Source: Candidatus Limnocylindria bacterium
Lineage (GTDB): Bacteria; Chloroflexota; Limnocylindria; P2-11E
Assembly (NCBI GenBank): GCA_041486085.1
Contig: JBGPKU010000009.1
Span: forward strand, 375 to 64,374
Direction of reading: 5' to 3'
DNA length: 64,000 nucleotides
The translations under genes were made by a program, and so were the position numbers. Below the pieces are notes generated by a model that did no database searches, was not told where the DNA came from, and worked only from the letters and a program-made list of their open reading frames with translations. This document shows positions 18,345 through 27,093 of the stretch, one piece after another (positions within the stretch are counted from its first letter, which is position 1; each line of letters starts with the position of its first letter).

Positions 18345-19199
18345 ATGGAAGTCCTGTTGGCCCGTGAGAACGGGTTCTGCTTCGGAGTGAAGAAGGCCGT
18401 CGAGCTGACCGAGGCGGCCGCCGAGACCGGTCGGCCGGTCTACAACCTGGGGCAGGTCGTCCATAACCCCAAGATCAGCGAGCGCCTCTCGGCGCGCGGC
18501 GTGAGGATCATCAAGGATCCATCGGACGCCACCGAGGGGATCGTCGTCATCCGCGCGCACGGCGTGCCGCCGGAGGTCCGAGCGGCGATCGAAGAGCGGG
18601 GGCTCGAATGCATCGATGCGACCTGCTCCCTGGTGCTGCGCGCGCAGCGCTTCACCAAGCAGCTGGCCGACGAGGGGTACCGGGTCGTCCTTCTGGGCAC
18701 GCCCGACCACCCCGAGGTGATCGGGCTCAAGGCTTACGCCGGTGACGACTACGTCATCGTCGAGACAGAGGAAGAATGGAAGAAGCTCCCGAAGATGAAG
18801 CGAGCGGGTGTCGTCTCGCAGTCGACGCAGCCGCCCTGGGCGTTCACCGCGCTCGTCGCGCACGTCGCGACCATCTCGCAGGAGATGAAGGTCTACAACA
18901 CCGTCTGCCCGGTTACCGTGAAGCGGCAGAACGCGGCGACCGAGCTCGCGCAGCAGGTGCGGACGATCGTCGTGGTCGGCGGAAAGAACTCGGCGAACAC
19001 CCGGGAGCTCGTGAATCTCGCGCGCATGCAGGGGCGTGATGCGTACCACATCGAAGCCGCGAGCGAGGTCCTTCCCGCATGGATCCACGGCCAGGACCGC
19101 ATCGGCCTCATCGGCGGATGCTCGACCCCGATGGACACGTTGCTCGAAGTGAAGGAGCGGATCGAGGCGCTGGGCTCGACGGACCCGGTCGCGGCCTGA
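18345..19199 (+). CDS. ispH: 4-hydroxy-3-methylbut-2-enyl diphosphate reductase
   Basis: Motifs GFCFGVKKAV, VVHNP, IDATCSLV, SQSTQ, NTVCPVT, GGKNSANT. Confidence 0.85.
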   Translation: MEVLLARENGFCFGVKKAVELTEAAAETGRPVYNLGQVVHNPKISERLSARGVRIIKDPSDATEGIVVIRAHGVPPEVRAAIEERGLECIDATCSLVLRAQRFTKQLADEGYRVVLLGTPDHPEVIGLKAYAGDDYVIVETEEEWKKLPKMKRAGVVSQSTQPPWAFTALVAHVATISQEMKVYNTVCPVTVKRQNAATELAQQVRTIVVVGGKNSANTRELVNLARMQGRDAYHIEAASEVLPAWIHGQDRIGLIGGCSTPMDTLLEVKERIEALGSTDPVAA

Positions 19200-19204
19200 C
19201 GCCG

Positions 19205-20518
19205 GTGGCGAGGCCGGTCGTGGCGATCGTCGGTCGCCCCAACGTGGGCAAGTCGACCCTCTTCAACCGCCTCGTGGGCGAGCGCGTTGCCATCGTCGAG
19301 GACCTCCCCGGAACGACGCGCGACCGTATCTATGCCACGGCCGAATGGCGCGGGCGCGAGATCTCCCTGATCGACACCGGCGGGCTCGATGACGGCCGCG
19401 CCGGCGAGATGGAGGCGGCGGTCCGCCGGCAGGCGGAGGCGGCGATCGCCGAAGCCGACGCCGTGCTGTTCGTCGTGGACGCCAAGACCGGGATCCTTCC
19501 GGTCGAGCACGATGTCGCCGACCTCCTTCGGCGGAGCGGCAAGCCGGTGCTGCTGGTTGCGAACAAGGCCGACTCGTGGCGGGGCGAGGCCCAATCGGCC
19601 GAGTTCTACGAGCTCGGCCTCGGAGACCTCCTCACGGTGTCGGCGATCCAGGGCATCGGGACCGGCGACCTCCTCGATGCCGTCGTCCAGCGCCTCCCGG
19701 AGAGCGAGCCCGAGGTGGAGACGGACGACGCGCGGATCGCGATCGTCGGACGGCCGAACGTCGGCAAGTCGAGCTTCCTGAACGCGCTCGTGGGCTCGGA
19801 GCGCGCGGTCGTGAGCGAGATCCCGGGGACCACGCGAGACAGCATCGACACGCTCGTCGAATTCCAGGGCCGCCGGGCCGTCCTGATCGACACCGCCGGC
19901 ATCCGCAGGCGTGGCCGCGTCGAGGTGGGGATCGAGAAGTACGCCCTCCTCCGGACCGCCCACGCGCTCGAGCGCGCGGACGTCGCGATCCTCATGACCG
20001 ACGCGACGGAGGGCACCACGGCGCAGGACGTTCACATCGCCGGGTACGCGCTCGAGGCCAAGGTCGGCTTGGTGCTGGCGGTGAACAAGTGGGACGTGGT
20101 AGACCGGGGCGCGGAGATGACGGCCGAGGTCGAGGCGGAGATCGCGCGGGAGTTCCACTTCGTGCCGTGGATGGGCCACCGCTTCGTTTCCGCGAAGACC
20201 GGACGGAACGTCCCCGCGACCCTGGCAGACGCCCTCGCGATCGTCGACGAGCGCAAGAGGAAGGTCCCGACGACGGCGCTCCGCGGCCTGCTGGTCGAGG
20301 CGGTCGCGGCGCATCCACCGGCGGCGCATCGCGGCAAGGAGATGCGCTTCTCGCATGTGACGCAGGCGCGCGGGAAGGCGCCGACGTTCGTGTTCTTCGT
20401 CGACCGCCCCGAGGGAGTGCACTTCACCTATCAGCGGTATCTCGAGAACAAGATCCGCGAGCAGTTCGGCTTCCAGGGCACGCCGATCAAGCTCGAGTTC
20501 AAATCGGCGCGAGAATGA
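19205..20518 (+). CDS. der: ribosome-associated GTPase Der (EngA)
   Basis: GTG 19205 within ORF 19079..20518. Two G domains (GRPNVGKSTLFN...DTGG...NKAD and GRPNVGKSSFLN...DTAG...NKWD) plus a KH-like C-terminus. Confidence 0.9.
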   Translation: MARPVVAIVGRPNVGKSTLFNRLVGERVAIVEDLPGTTRDRIYATAEWRGREISLIDTGGLDDGRAGEMEAAVRRQAEAAIAEADAVLFVVDAKTGILPVEHDVADLLRRSGKPVLLVANKADSWRGEAQSAEFYELGLGDLLTVSAIQGIGTGDLLDAVVQRLPESEPEVETDDARIAIVGRPNVGKSSFLNALVGSERAVVSEIPGTTRDSIDTLVEFQGRRAVLIDTAGIRRRGRVEVGIEKYALLRTAHALERADVAILMTDATEGTTAQDVHIAGYALEAKVGLVLAVNKWDVVDRGAEMTAEVEAEIAREFHFVPWMGHRFVSAKTGRNVPATLADALAIVDERKRKVPTTALRGLLVEAVAAHPPAAHRGKEMRFSHVTQARGKAPTFVFFVDRPEGVHFTYQRYLENKIREQFGFQGTPIKLEFKSARE

Positions 20519-21153
20519 TCACGCCGGCCGGGGCGCTCGCATTCGCGTTCGTCGCACTGGTCGGCTATCTCATCGGTTCGATCTCGAGTGGGTATGTCGT
20601 CGGCAAGATCTATCGGAATGTCGACCTGCGTGAGGTCGGCTCGGGCTCGACCGGCGCGACAAACACCTTTCGCACGCTCGGGCGAGGCGCCGGCGTGCTC
20701 GTCGCGACCCTCGACATCGTCAAGGGATCGGTCGCCGTGGTGTTCGCGCAGCTGATGTTCTCGGACGGCAACGCCGGCCGGTCGGTCGCGGAGGCGATCG
20801 CGGCCATCCTCGTGGTCATCGGGCACTGCTGGCCCATCACGCTGCGCGGCCGCGGCGGGCGAGGAGTGGCGACGGGGTTCGGCGCGCTCCTCTTCGTGGC
20901 GACGCCGGCGTGGGCGACGGCGGTCGCCGCGTTCGCGATCGCGCTGGCGCTCACACGGATGGTCTCCGTCGGATCGCTCGCCGCGGTCATCGGCGCGCTC
21001 GTCGGGTACCTCATCTTCAGCGCCACGGGCTGGCTGTCCTTCAACTGGGCGACGCTCGCCTTCATCGTCATCGCCGGCCTGATCGTCTACGTCCGGCACG
21101 TGCCGAACATCCAGCGCATCCTCCGCGGCGTCGAGCCCCGCCTGCGCGCATGA
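20515..21153 (+). CDS. plsY: glycerol-3-phosphate acyltransferase PlsY
   Basis: ATG 20515 (ATGA overlap with der). GSGSTGATN and DIVKG motifs. Polytopic membrane protein. Confidence 0.85.
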   Translation: MITPAGALAFAFVALVGYLIGSISSGYVVGKIYRNVDLREVGSGSTGATNTFRTLGRGAGVLVATLDIVKGSVAVVFAQLMFSDGNAGRSVAEAIAAILVVIGHCWPITLRGRGGRGVATGFGALLFVATPAWATAVAAFAIALALTRMVSVGSLAAVIGALVGYLIFSATGWLSFNWATLAFIVIAGLIVYVRHVPNIQRILRGVEPRLRA

Positions 21154-22205
21154 CCTCAGTCGCCGTCCTGCAGGCCGGCTCGTGGGGCACGACGCTCGCG
21201 ACGATCCTGGCGCGCGACGCCGGGCGCGATGTCGTGCTCTGGACACGCGACGCCGAGCACGCGCGGGCCCTCGCCGGCGAGCGCGAGAATCGCCGGTACC
21301 TCCCCGGCATCCGCATCCCCGATGGCGTCACGATCACCGCGGACCTGGATCGCGCCATCGCGGACGCGGACGACCTCGTGATCGCCGCGCCGAGCATCGG
21401 CGTGATGGCGCTGCGCGACCGAGTCGGCCCGATGATGCGCCCGGAGCATCACCTGCTGTCCGCGACCAAGGGACTGGCCGAGGACGGCCGCAGGATGAGC
21501 GAGCTGTGGGGCGAGCTCGTCGGCGCCGGTCGCGTCGCGGTCCTGTCCGGACCGAACATCAGCCGCGAGATCGCCTCGGGCCATCCCGCCGCGACGGTCA
21601 TCGCGTCCGCGGAGCCGACGACCGCGAAGCGCTTCCAGACGCTGATCGGAACGCCGATGTTCCGGTCATACACCGATGCCGACGTCATCGGCGTCGAGCT
21701 CTGCGGCGCGCTCAAGAACATCATCGCCCTCGGCGCCGGCGCGATCGACGGCATGGGCTACGGCGACAACGCCAAGGCCGGCTTCATGACGCGTGGCCTG
21801 GCCGAGATCGCGCGGTATGGCTTCGCCTGCGGCGCGAATCCCCTCACCGTCGCCGGCCTCGCCGGCGTCGGCGATCTCATCGCGACGTGCATGAGCAAGC
21901 ACTCACGGAACCGCACCGTCGGCGAGCTCCTCGCGAAGGGGCTCTCGACGACCCAGATCCGGGAACGGCTTGGCGGTCAGGTTGCGGAAGGCCTGACGAC
22001 GGCGGAAGCCACCTACCGCGCGGCGCGCGCGAAGGACGTCACGATGCCGATCACCGAGCAGACGCATCTGGTGCTCTCAGAGGGCAAGTCGATCCGGACC
22101 GCGATGCGCGACCTGATGGAGCGCGAGCGCGGGGAAGAGGTCGCCGGGCCACTCGCCGAGATATCTCGCCTTATCGCCAGCGCCGCCGCGGCACGGAGGA
22201 GCTGA
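21150..22205 (+). CDS. gpsA: NAD(P)H-dependent glycerol-3-phosphate dehydrogenase
   Basis: ATG 21150 (ATGA overlap with plsY). Motifs AGSWGTTLA, NRRYLPG, GPNISREI, GALKNIIALGAG. Confidence 0.9.
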   Translation: MTSVAVLQAGSWGTTLATILARDAGRDVVLWTRDAEHARALAGERENRRYLPGIRIPDGVTITADLDRAIADADDLVIAAPSIGVMALRDRVGPMMRPEHHLLSATKGLAEDGRRMSELWGELVGAGRVAVLSGPNISREIASGHPAATVIASAEPTTAKRFQTLIGTPMFRSYTDADVIGVELCGALKNIIALGAGAIDGMGYGDNAKAGFMTRGLAEIARYGFACGANPLTVAGLAGVGDLIATCMSKHSRNRTVGELLAKGLSTTQIRERLGGQVAEGLTTAEATYRAARAKDVTMPITEQTHLVLSEGKSIRTAMRDLMERERGEEVAGPLAEISRLIASAAAARRS

Positions 22206-22221
22206 TCCGCCGTTATCTGGC

Positions 22222-23709
22222 GTGATGCGTAGGCGCTGGGCGCTCTTGGGTCTCCTCGCCATCCTCGCGGCCGCCTGCTCGTCGTCACAGGACACGCCCG
22301 CGCCGTCGGTCGGCGTCTCGCCGACGACCGGCGCCGCGATCCCGCTGCGTGTCCTCGTGACCCGCGTCGAGGGCGGCCAGCCGGTCGCCGGAGCCCGCGT
22401 CTGCGCTTCCCGCGCCTCAGCGGCCACACCGAGCTGCGCCACCGCGGGCAGCGACGGGACTGCGACGCTCTTCGGCTCCGCGGGCACGTACTTCGTTCGC
22501 GTGAGCGGTCCGGCCGAGCAGCGCTGGCAGGACGCCACGCGCGTGGTCGATCTCGCGAGCGGGCCGGCCGGCGTCTGGGTCGAGCTGCAGCCGCTGCGGC
22601 GGATCAGCGGCATGGTCCGCGATGCCGCCGGCGCGAAGATCGCGGATGCGCAGGCGTGCGCCCATCCGGCGATCGATGAGTCGACGGTCTGTGCGCGCAG
22701 CGGCGCGGATGGCACGTACACGCTCGACGTGAAAGCAGGGATCTACCGCCTTGAAGTCAGCGGACCGGCCGGCGCGCGACTCGTCTCGCAGTGGGCGCGT
22801 GGCCGCGCGTTCCTCGAGGAGGCCGACGTCCTCGACGCGCGCGGTGCGGATGTCGCCGACGTCGACGTCGATCTCATCAAGGGCGTGGTCCTCCGCGGCG
22901 TCGTGCGTTTCGGCGGCGCGGTCGTCGAGGACGCGCAGGTCTGTCTGCGGACCCTCGCCGCGCCCCTGCCGCTGACATGCGAGCGCACCGACAAGCAGGG
23001 GCGCTACGCCGCTCTGCGGGAACCGGGTGAGTACTACATGTGGACGGTGCCGCCGGCGAACATCCGCGCGGTGCCGCAGTGGTACGACCGCGCGCTCACC
23101 GGGGTCGGATCGGTCGCGGTGCAGCTGACGGCCGATCGCGTGATCGACGTCGCGCTCCTGGGCGGCACCACGATCCGCGGCACGGTGCGCGCGACCGACG
23201 GCGAGCTCATCACGAACGCGCTCGTGTGTTTCGACACGCCGTTCCCGACGGGCCGCATCTGCCGCGAGACCGGCGGCGACGGACGCTACAGCATCACGAC
23301 GCGACCCGAGACCTATGTGGTCAATGTGATCCCGCCCGACCACAGCGACCTCATCTCCGAGTACTGGGAGCGCGCGCGGACCTGGCCGGAGGCCGATGCG
23401 TACAGCGTCGGGACGTCGGACGCCGTCCTCGATCTGACCGTGCGCCGCGGCACCCGTGTGAACGGCGTGTTGAAGAACGGACGCGGGGTCGGCGTCGCCG
23501 GGGGGTTCGTGGAGCTCTGGGACGATCAAGGCATCGCCGGTGCGTCGCAGACCGACGCCGCCGGGCGCTTCGAGATGGTCGTGCTGCCGGGTCAGTACCG
23601 CATGGAGGCGTTCCCGCCCTTCGTCGGCAACCTCATCGGCAAGGTGACCACACTGAACGTTCCGGCGTCGTCCGAGGTAACGGTCGTGCTCGACGACGTC
23701 GCGCCTTAG
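22222..23709 (+). CDS. lipoprotein with five tandem carboxypeptidase-regulatory-like beta-sandwich repeats
   Basis: Signal peptide plus lipobox (LLAILAAAC). Repeats of about 95 aa, each with G..V.DA.VC....C.....DG.Y.....G.Y. The first four carry a conserved Cys pair. Confidence 0.7.
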   Translation: MMRRRWALLGLLAILAAACSSSQDTPAPSVGVSPTTGAAIPLRVLVTRVEGGQPVAGARVCASRASAATPSCATAGSDGTATLFGSAGTYFVRVSGPAEQRWQDATRVVDLASGPAGVWVELQPLRRISGMVRDAAGAKIADAQACAHPAIDESTVCARSGADGTYTLDVKAGIYRLEVSGPAGARLVSQWARGRAFLEEADVLDARGADVADVDVDLIKGVVLRGVVRFGGAVVEDAQVCLRTLAAPLPLTCERTDKQGRYAALREPGEYYMWTVPPANIRAVPQWYDRALTGVGSVAVQLTADRVIDVALLGGTTIRGTVRATDGELITNALVCFDTPFPTGRICRETGGDGRYSITTRPETYVVNVIPPDHSDLISEYWERARTWPEADAYSVGTSDAVLDLTVRRGTRVNGVLKNGRGVGVAGGFVELWDDQGIAGASQTDAAGRFEMVVLPGQYRMEAFPPFVGNLIGKVTTLNVPASSEVTVVLDDVAP

Positions 23710-23781
23710 GGGCGTACATTGAGCCTGCGCCTGGGCGGCGATCCGCCTCTGGCAGCTCCACAAATGTCCAAGGAGTAGGCC

Positions 23782-24195
23782 GTGTTCGGTCGACTGCTCA
23801 AGCCCACGACCACCGCGTACGCGCACTGCGACATCCCCTGCGGCATCTACGACCCCACGCCCGCGAAGATCGCGGCGGACACCGTCGCGAAGATGGTGGA
23901 GAAGATCACCGCGCTTCCGAACCCCGCCCCCGACGTCGCGACGCGCAACAGCTTCGTGCGCATGGTGACGGTCAAGGAGCAGCACGCGCAGATCTGCAAG
24001 ACGGAGCTCGAGATCCTCTGGAGCGACTACTTCAAGCCGGAGCACCTCGAGAAGTACCCGAAGCTGCACGACATGTTCTGGAAGGCCGCGAAGCTCTGCT
24101 CGAAGAACAAGCAGAACGTCGACGCGGCCGCCGCCGCCGATCTCCAGGCCGCGGTCAAGGAGATCAGCGACACGTTCTGGGCGAGCAAGAAGTAG
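23782..24195 (+). CDS. sodN: nickel superoxide dismutase precursor
   Basis: AAGGAG SD 5-6 nt upstream of GTG 23782. 14-aa leader followed by the Ni-hook HCDIPCGIYDP. Confidence 0.9.
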   Translation: MFGRLLKPTTTAYAHCDIPCGIYDPTPAKIAADTVAKMVEKITALPNPAPDVATRNSFVRMVTVKEQHAQICKTELEILWSDYFKPEHLEKYPKLHDMFWKAAKLCSKNKQNVDAAAAADLQAAVKEISDTFWASKK

Positions 24196-24200
24196 GGACG

Positions 24201-24521
24201 ATGCGACCCTGGCGCGTGGCCGTGAGCGGCCACAGCATGGAGCCGGTGCTGCGGGAGGGGGACTGGGTCCTCGTGATCCCGCCGCGCCGGACGCCGCGGC
24301 GGGGAGACGTTGTCCTCGTGCGCGATCCGCGCGAACGCACGCGGCTGCTCCTGAAGCGCGTCGCCGAGGTCCAGGCGGATGGCCTCGTCGTTATGGTGGA
24401 TCGCTCCGATCACTCCACCGACAGCCGCCACTTCGGGGCGGTCCCACTCTCGGACGTCATCGGCCGCGCGGCATTCCGGTATGCGCCGCTGCGTCGCGTC
24501 GGTCTTCTCGGTCATGCCTGA
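24201..24521 (+). CDS. sodX: Ni-SOD maturation protease (S26 signal-peptidase family)
   Basis: ATG 24201 within ORF 23040..24521. Motifs GHSMEPVL, GDVVLVRDP, LKRV, DSRHFGAV. Lies immediately after sodN. Confidence 0.8.
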   Translation: MRPWRVAVSGHSMEPVLREGDWVLVIPPRRTPRRGDVVLVRDPRERTRLLLKRVAEVQADGLVVMVDRSDHSTDSRHFGAVPLSDVIGRAAFRYAPLRRVGLLGHA

Positions 24522-24762
24522 GCTCGTCACCTGCGTCCGGTGTCACGAGACGCGCGAGAGCGCGGGCCGTGTGTTGCCGGGGCCGCTCGGTGACGAGGTC
24601 GCGCGCAGCGTGTGCTCGGTCTGCTGGGCGGAATGGCTGCAGCAGCAGATCCGGGTGATCAATCACTACGCTCTGCGCCCGGCGATGAAGGAAGATCGCG
24701 ACAAGCTCTACGACATCACGCGCGAGTTCTTTGGGTTGGAACCGGTGAAGCGCGAGACCTGA
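24514..24762 (+). CDS. YggX-like Fe(2+)-trafficking / oxidative-damage protection protein
   Basis: ATG 24514 within ORF 24379..24762. 82 aa. C.RC...PGPLG..V....C..CW.EWL..Q...INHY.L resembles YggX. Confidence 0.6.
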   Translation: MPELVTCVRCHETRESAGRVLPGPLGDEVARSVCSVCWAEWLQQQIRVINHYALRPAMKEDRDKLYDITREFFGLEPVKRET

Positions 24763-24818
24763 CTCCGCCCTCGTTTTCGGTCTCGACACGATAGAACAGA
24801 CGTACTAACATCTGTGGC

Positions 24819-25804
24819 GTGTACGAGCCGCTTCTGCCGCCGGGCACTCCTGAGCCGCTCGACCGCGAACTGCTCGCGTGGGCAGCCGGCTTCTTCGATG
24901 GCGAGGGAACAACGATCGCCCGACGAGAGCGATCGCGGCCGGGCTACTACCAGCTCCAGGTCTCCGTGCCACAGGCTGGGGAGAGGGAAGTCCCTGAATC
25001 ACTTGCGCGATTCCAGGTCGCTGCCCTGGGTACGGGACGGATGGAAGGTCCTGACCCGTCGGCCTCTTTGCGTGGCGCGCGCGAGGACGTCTAGACGGCG
25101 AGGCGACGCTAGCACTGCTCTGGCCCTATCTCGGTGTGGTGAAGCGGGCGCAGGCGGCAACGGCCCTTGATCTTCTGGCACGCCAGTACGACTCCGGCGT
25201 CTACCGGCGCCGTGTCTCACGACATCGGCCCAGCTTCATCGCGCATCCCTACGCGCCGGAGACTGCGACGGGACCAAACATTGAAGAGCGCGCCTGGGCT
25301 GCCGGCTTTCTGGACGCGGAAGGCTACTTCGGGCTCATCCATTCGCATCGCCGACGTGGCGGACCTGACTGGTACCGGATACGCGTTTCGGCGAGCCAGC
25401 ACTCCCGCGACGGAAACGTCCCTGAGGTATTGCTGCGGCTTCAGGGTCTGGTAGATATCGGGCGAATCGAGTGCCACGGCGAGGCCGATGACTTCAAGTG
25501 GGTTGCTGAAGGTCGCGCCGCCATCCTTCGCGTGCTCGCGTTGACGGAGACGTGGCTCGGTAGCATCAAGCTCGCGCAAGCCGAGCGCGCGCTGGCCGGC
25601 TTCGACGCGCAGGAGCGCCTCAAAGGAATCTCATCGGCAGTGTGTCGACGCGGTCACGAGTACGACCGCGTGACGACGTCCTCATCGGGTCGTGCACGGA
25701 GGTACTGCAACGCTTGTGCGCGTCTCCTCGATCGTCGTAAGCGTGCCGCAGAAGGTGTCCCGCCGCGGCAATTCAGGAACGAGTCGAGGCGTTACAGCGA
25801 GTAG
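24819..25804 (+). pseudogene. free-standing double-motif LAGLIDADG homing-endonuclease gene interrupted by one -1 frameshift near 25053-25057
   Basis: Two LAGLIDADG motifs (LLAWAAGFFDGEG and RAWAAGFLDAEGYF). ORF 24819..25094 (phase 0) ends at TAG. Phase 2 is open from 25055 and continues the domain-1 fold (PVGLFAWRARG...LALLWPYLGVVKRAQA), which aligns to domain 2 (DDFKWVAEG...LTETWLGSIKLAQA). Confidence 0.7.
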
Positions 25805-25826
25805 AAGCGTGGACTGAGCACTCGTG

Positions 25827-25900
25827 TCGGGGTGCCGGGATTTGAACCCGGGACCTACAGTCCCCCAGACTGTTGCGCTTCCAGGCTGCGCTACACCCCG
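25827..25900 (-). tRNA. tRNA-Pro (anticodon GGG)
   Basis: The reverse complement folds as a cloverleaf: CGGGGTG/TA/GCGC-AGCCTGGAA-GCGC/A/ACAGT-CTGGGGG-ACTGT/AGGTC/CCGGG-TTCAAAT-CCCGG/CACCCCG/A. 74 nt, CCA not encoded. Confidence 0.9.
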
Positions 25901-25926
25901 TGCCATGGTGAGTCTACGTTAGTTCT

Positions 25927-26565
25927 GTGGCCTCTCGACGCGATGAGCTCGCGCTCGCACGTCTTCATCGCGACATCCGCGCGTGCACGTGGTGCGCGGA
26001 CGTGGGACTCATCCCGCGCGCACTTCCGATCGTCGCGGGCAAAGCAAGCGACCGCGTGATGATCGTCGGCCAAGCGCCAGGCGCGGTCGAGCTCACCACC
26101 GGTCTGCCGTTCTCCGGTCGCGCGGGCGCCGAGCTGCGACGCTGGCTCGCGCGCGCCGGGATCGATGAGGACCATCTTCCGTATCGCACCGCGATCACGA
26201 AGTGTTTCCCGGGCAAGGCCGCCAGCGGTGCGGGCGATCGCAAGCCCAGCCCACCGGAGATCGCGAATTGCGCACCCTGGCTCGAGAAGGAGATCGCGCT
26301 CGTGCGTCCGCGGATCGTGCTGCTCGTCGGTCAGCTCGCGATCGAGCGGTTCATCGGCAAACGTCAGCTGAGCGAGGTGGTCGGCACGATGCGAAGGGAC
26401 GGCGATCGCGTCCTCATTCCATTGCCGCATCCGAGCGGCGCGTCGCGCTGGCTCAATCAGCCGGCCAACCGCGCGCTGCTCGAGCGAGCGCTACGCATCC
26501 TCCGCCGTGAGCACAAGGCACTTGACAATGCAGGGAGTGCAGGCAAAATCACTTTGAGCACGTGA
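25927..26565 (+). CDS. uracil-DNA glycosylase superfamily protein
   Basis: Motif A GQAPG...F, motif B HPSGASRW, N-terminal C..C. The UDG sub-family cannot be decided by eye. Confidence 0.7.
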   Translation: MASRRDELALARLHRDIRACTWCADVGLIPRALPIVAGKASDRVMIVGQAPGAVELTTGLPFSGRAGAELRRWLARAGIDEDHLPYRTAITKCFPGKAASGAGDRKPSPPEIANCAPWLEKEIALVRPRIVLLVGQLAIERFIGKRQLSEVVGTMRRDGDRVLIPLPHPSGASRWLNQPANRALLERALRILRREHKALDNAGSAGKITLST

Positions 26566-26596
26566 CGCTCATAAAGCATCCTACGCAGGAGCCGCA

Positions 26597-26857
26597 GTGG
26601 CAACGCCCCAACCGCGATCAGACCACGATGCCTCGAGCGAGGAATTCCTCACGACAGATGAGGTCGCGCGGCGGCTCCGCGTCCATCCAACGACCATCTT
26701 GCGCCGACTTGGCGCGGTGGACGACCAAGATCCGTCCCGCATACCTGCGGTACGGGTCGGTCGGGTCTGGCGCATCCCTCGAAAGGAATTCGAGGAATGG
26801 CTCGCCCGGTCCAGTCAGGCATCACGCCTTGCTGGCCGCCAGCGACGCCTGTTCTGA
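26597..26857 (+). CDS. excisionase-family helix-turn-helix DNA-binding protein
   Basis: LTTDEVARRLRVHPTTILRRL....VRVGRVWRIPRKEFEEWL matches the MerR-like HTH_17/excisionase pattern. Confidence 0.6.
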   Translation: MATPQPRSDHDASSEEFLTTDEVARRLRVHPTTILRRLGAVDDQDPSRIPAVRVGRVWRIPRKEFEEWLARSSQASRLAGRQRRLF

Positions 26858-26901
26858 GAGAGCGCGTCAGATCACTCTCGTGGGAAGGGAGGTGACCTAG
26901 A

Positions 26902-26949
26902 TGCCGGCCAAGAAGAAGAAGGCAGCGAAGAAGGGCAAGAAGAAGTAAC
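26902..26949 (+). CDS. candidate micro-ORF, 15 aa, MPAKKKKAAKKGKKK
   Basis: GGGAGGTGA SD 5 nt before ATG 26902. Bounded by TAG just upstream and TAA 26947-26949. 10 AAG codons in a high-GC genome. A GC hairpin lies 22 nt downstream. Confidence 0.4.
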
Positions 26950-26970
26950 TCTTCTGACCTTGTGGTGAAG

Positions 26971-26992
26971 GCGCCGCGGGCGGGCGGCGCCG
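26971..26992 (+). terminator. GC-rich hairpin after the micro-ORF (no U-tract)
   Basis: GGCGCCGC-GGGCGG-GCGGCGCC, a perfect 8-bp stem. It is followed by GGAACCAA, so it is not a classical intrinsic terminator. Confidence 0.35.
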
Positions 26993-27093
26993 GAACCAAT
27001 CGAGCCGTCGGCGACCGAATTGATCCTTCAGGGTCCTAGTACATCGGTTCATCCACCAAACCGGTCTTGCGTTGCATCCGTTCCCCCTGGTAG

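Noticed and set aside
24763-25826. tRNA-Pro-targeted integrative element carrying the LAGLIDADG gene.
   Set aside because: No integrase gene, and no direct repeat of the tRNA 3' end found by eye at the distal border.
25682-25906. 74-aa minus ORF, and the N-terminus of ORF 42115..42639, both containing GVAQPGSA...GFKSRHP-type peptides.
   Set aside because: These are translations of the tRNA-Pro genes.
26521-26560. TTGACA inside the 3' end of the UDG gene as a promoter for the HTH gene.
   Set aside because: No acceptable -10 hexamer at 16-18 nt spacing (AAAATC only). The CATAAA further on has no properly spaced -35.
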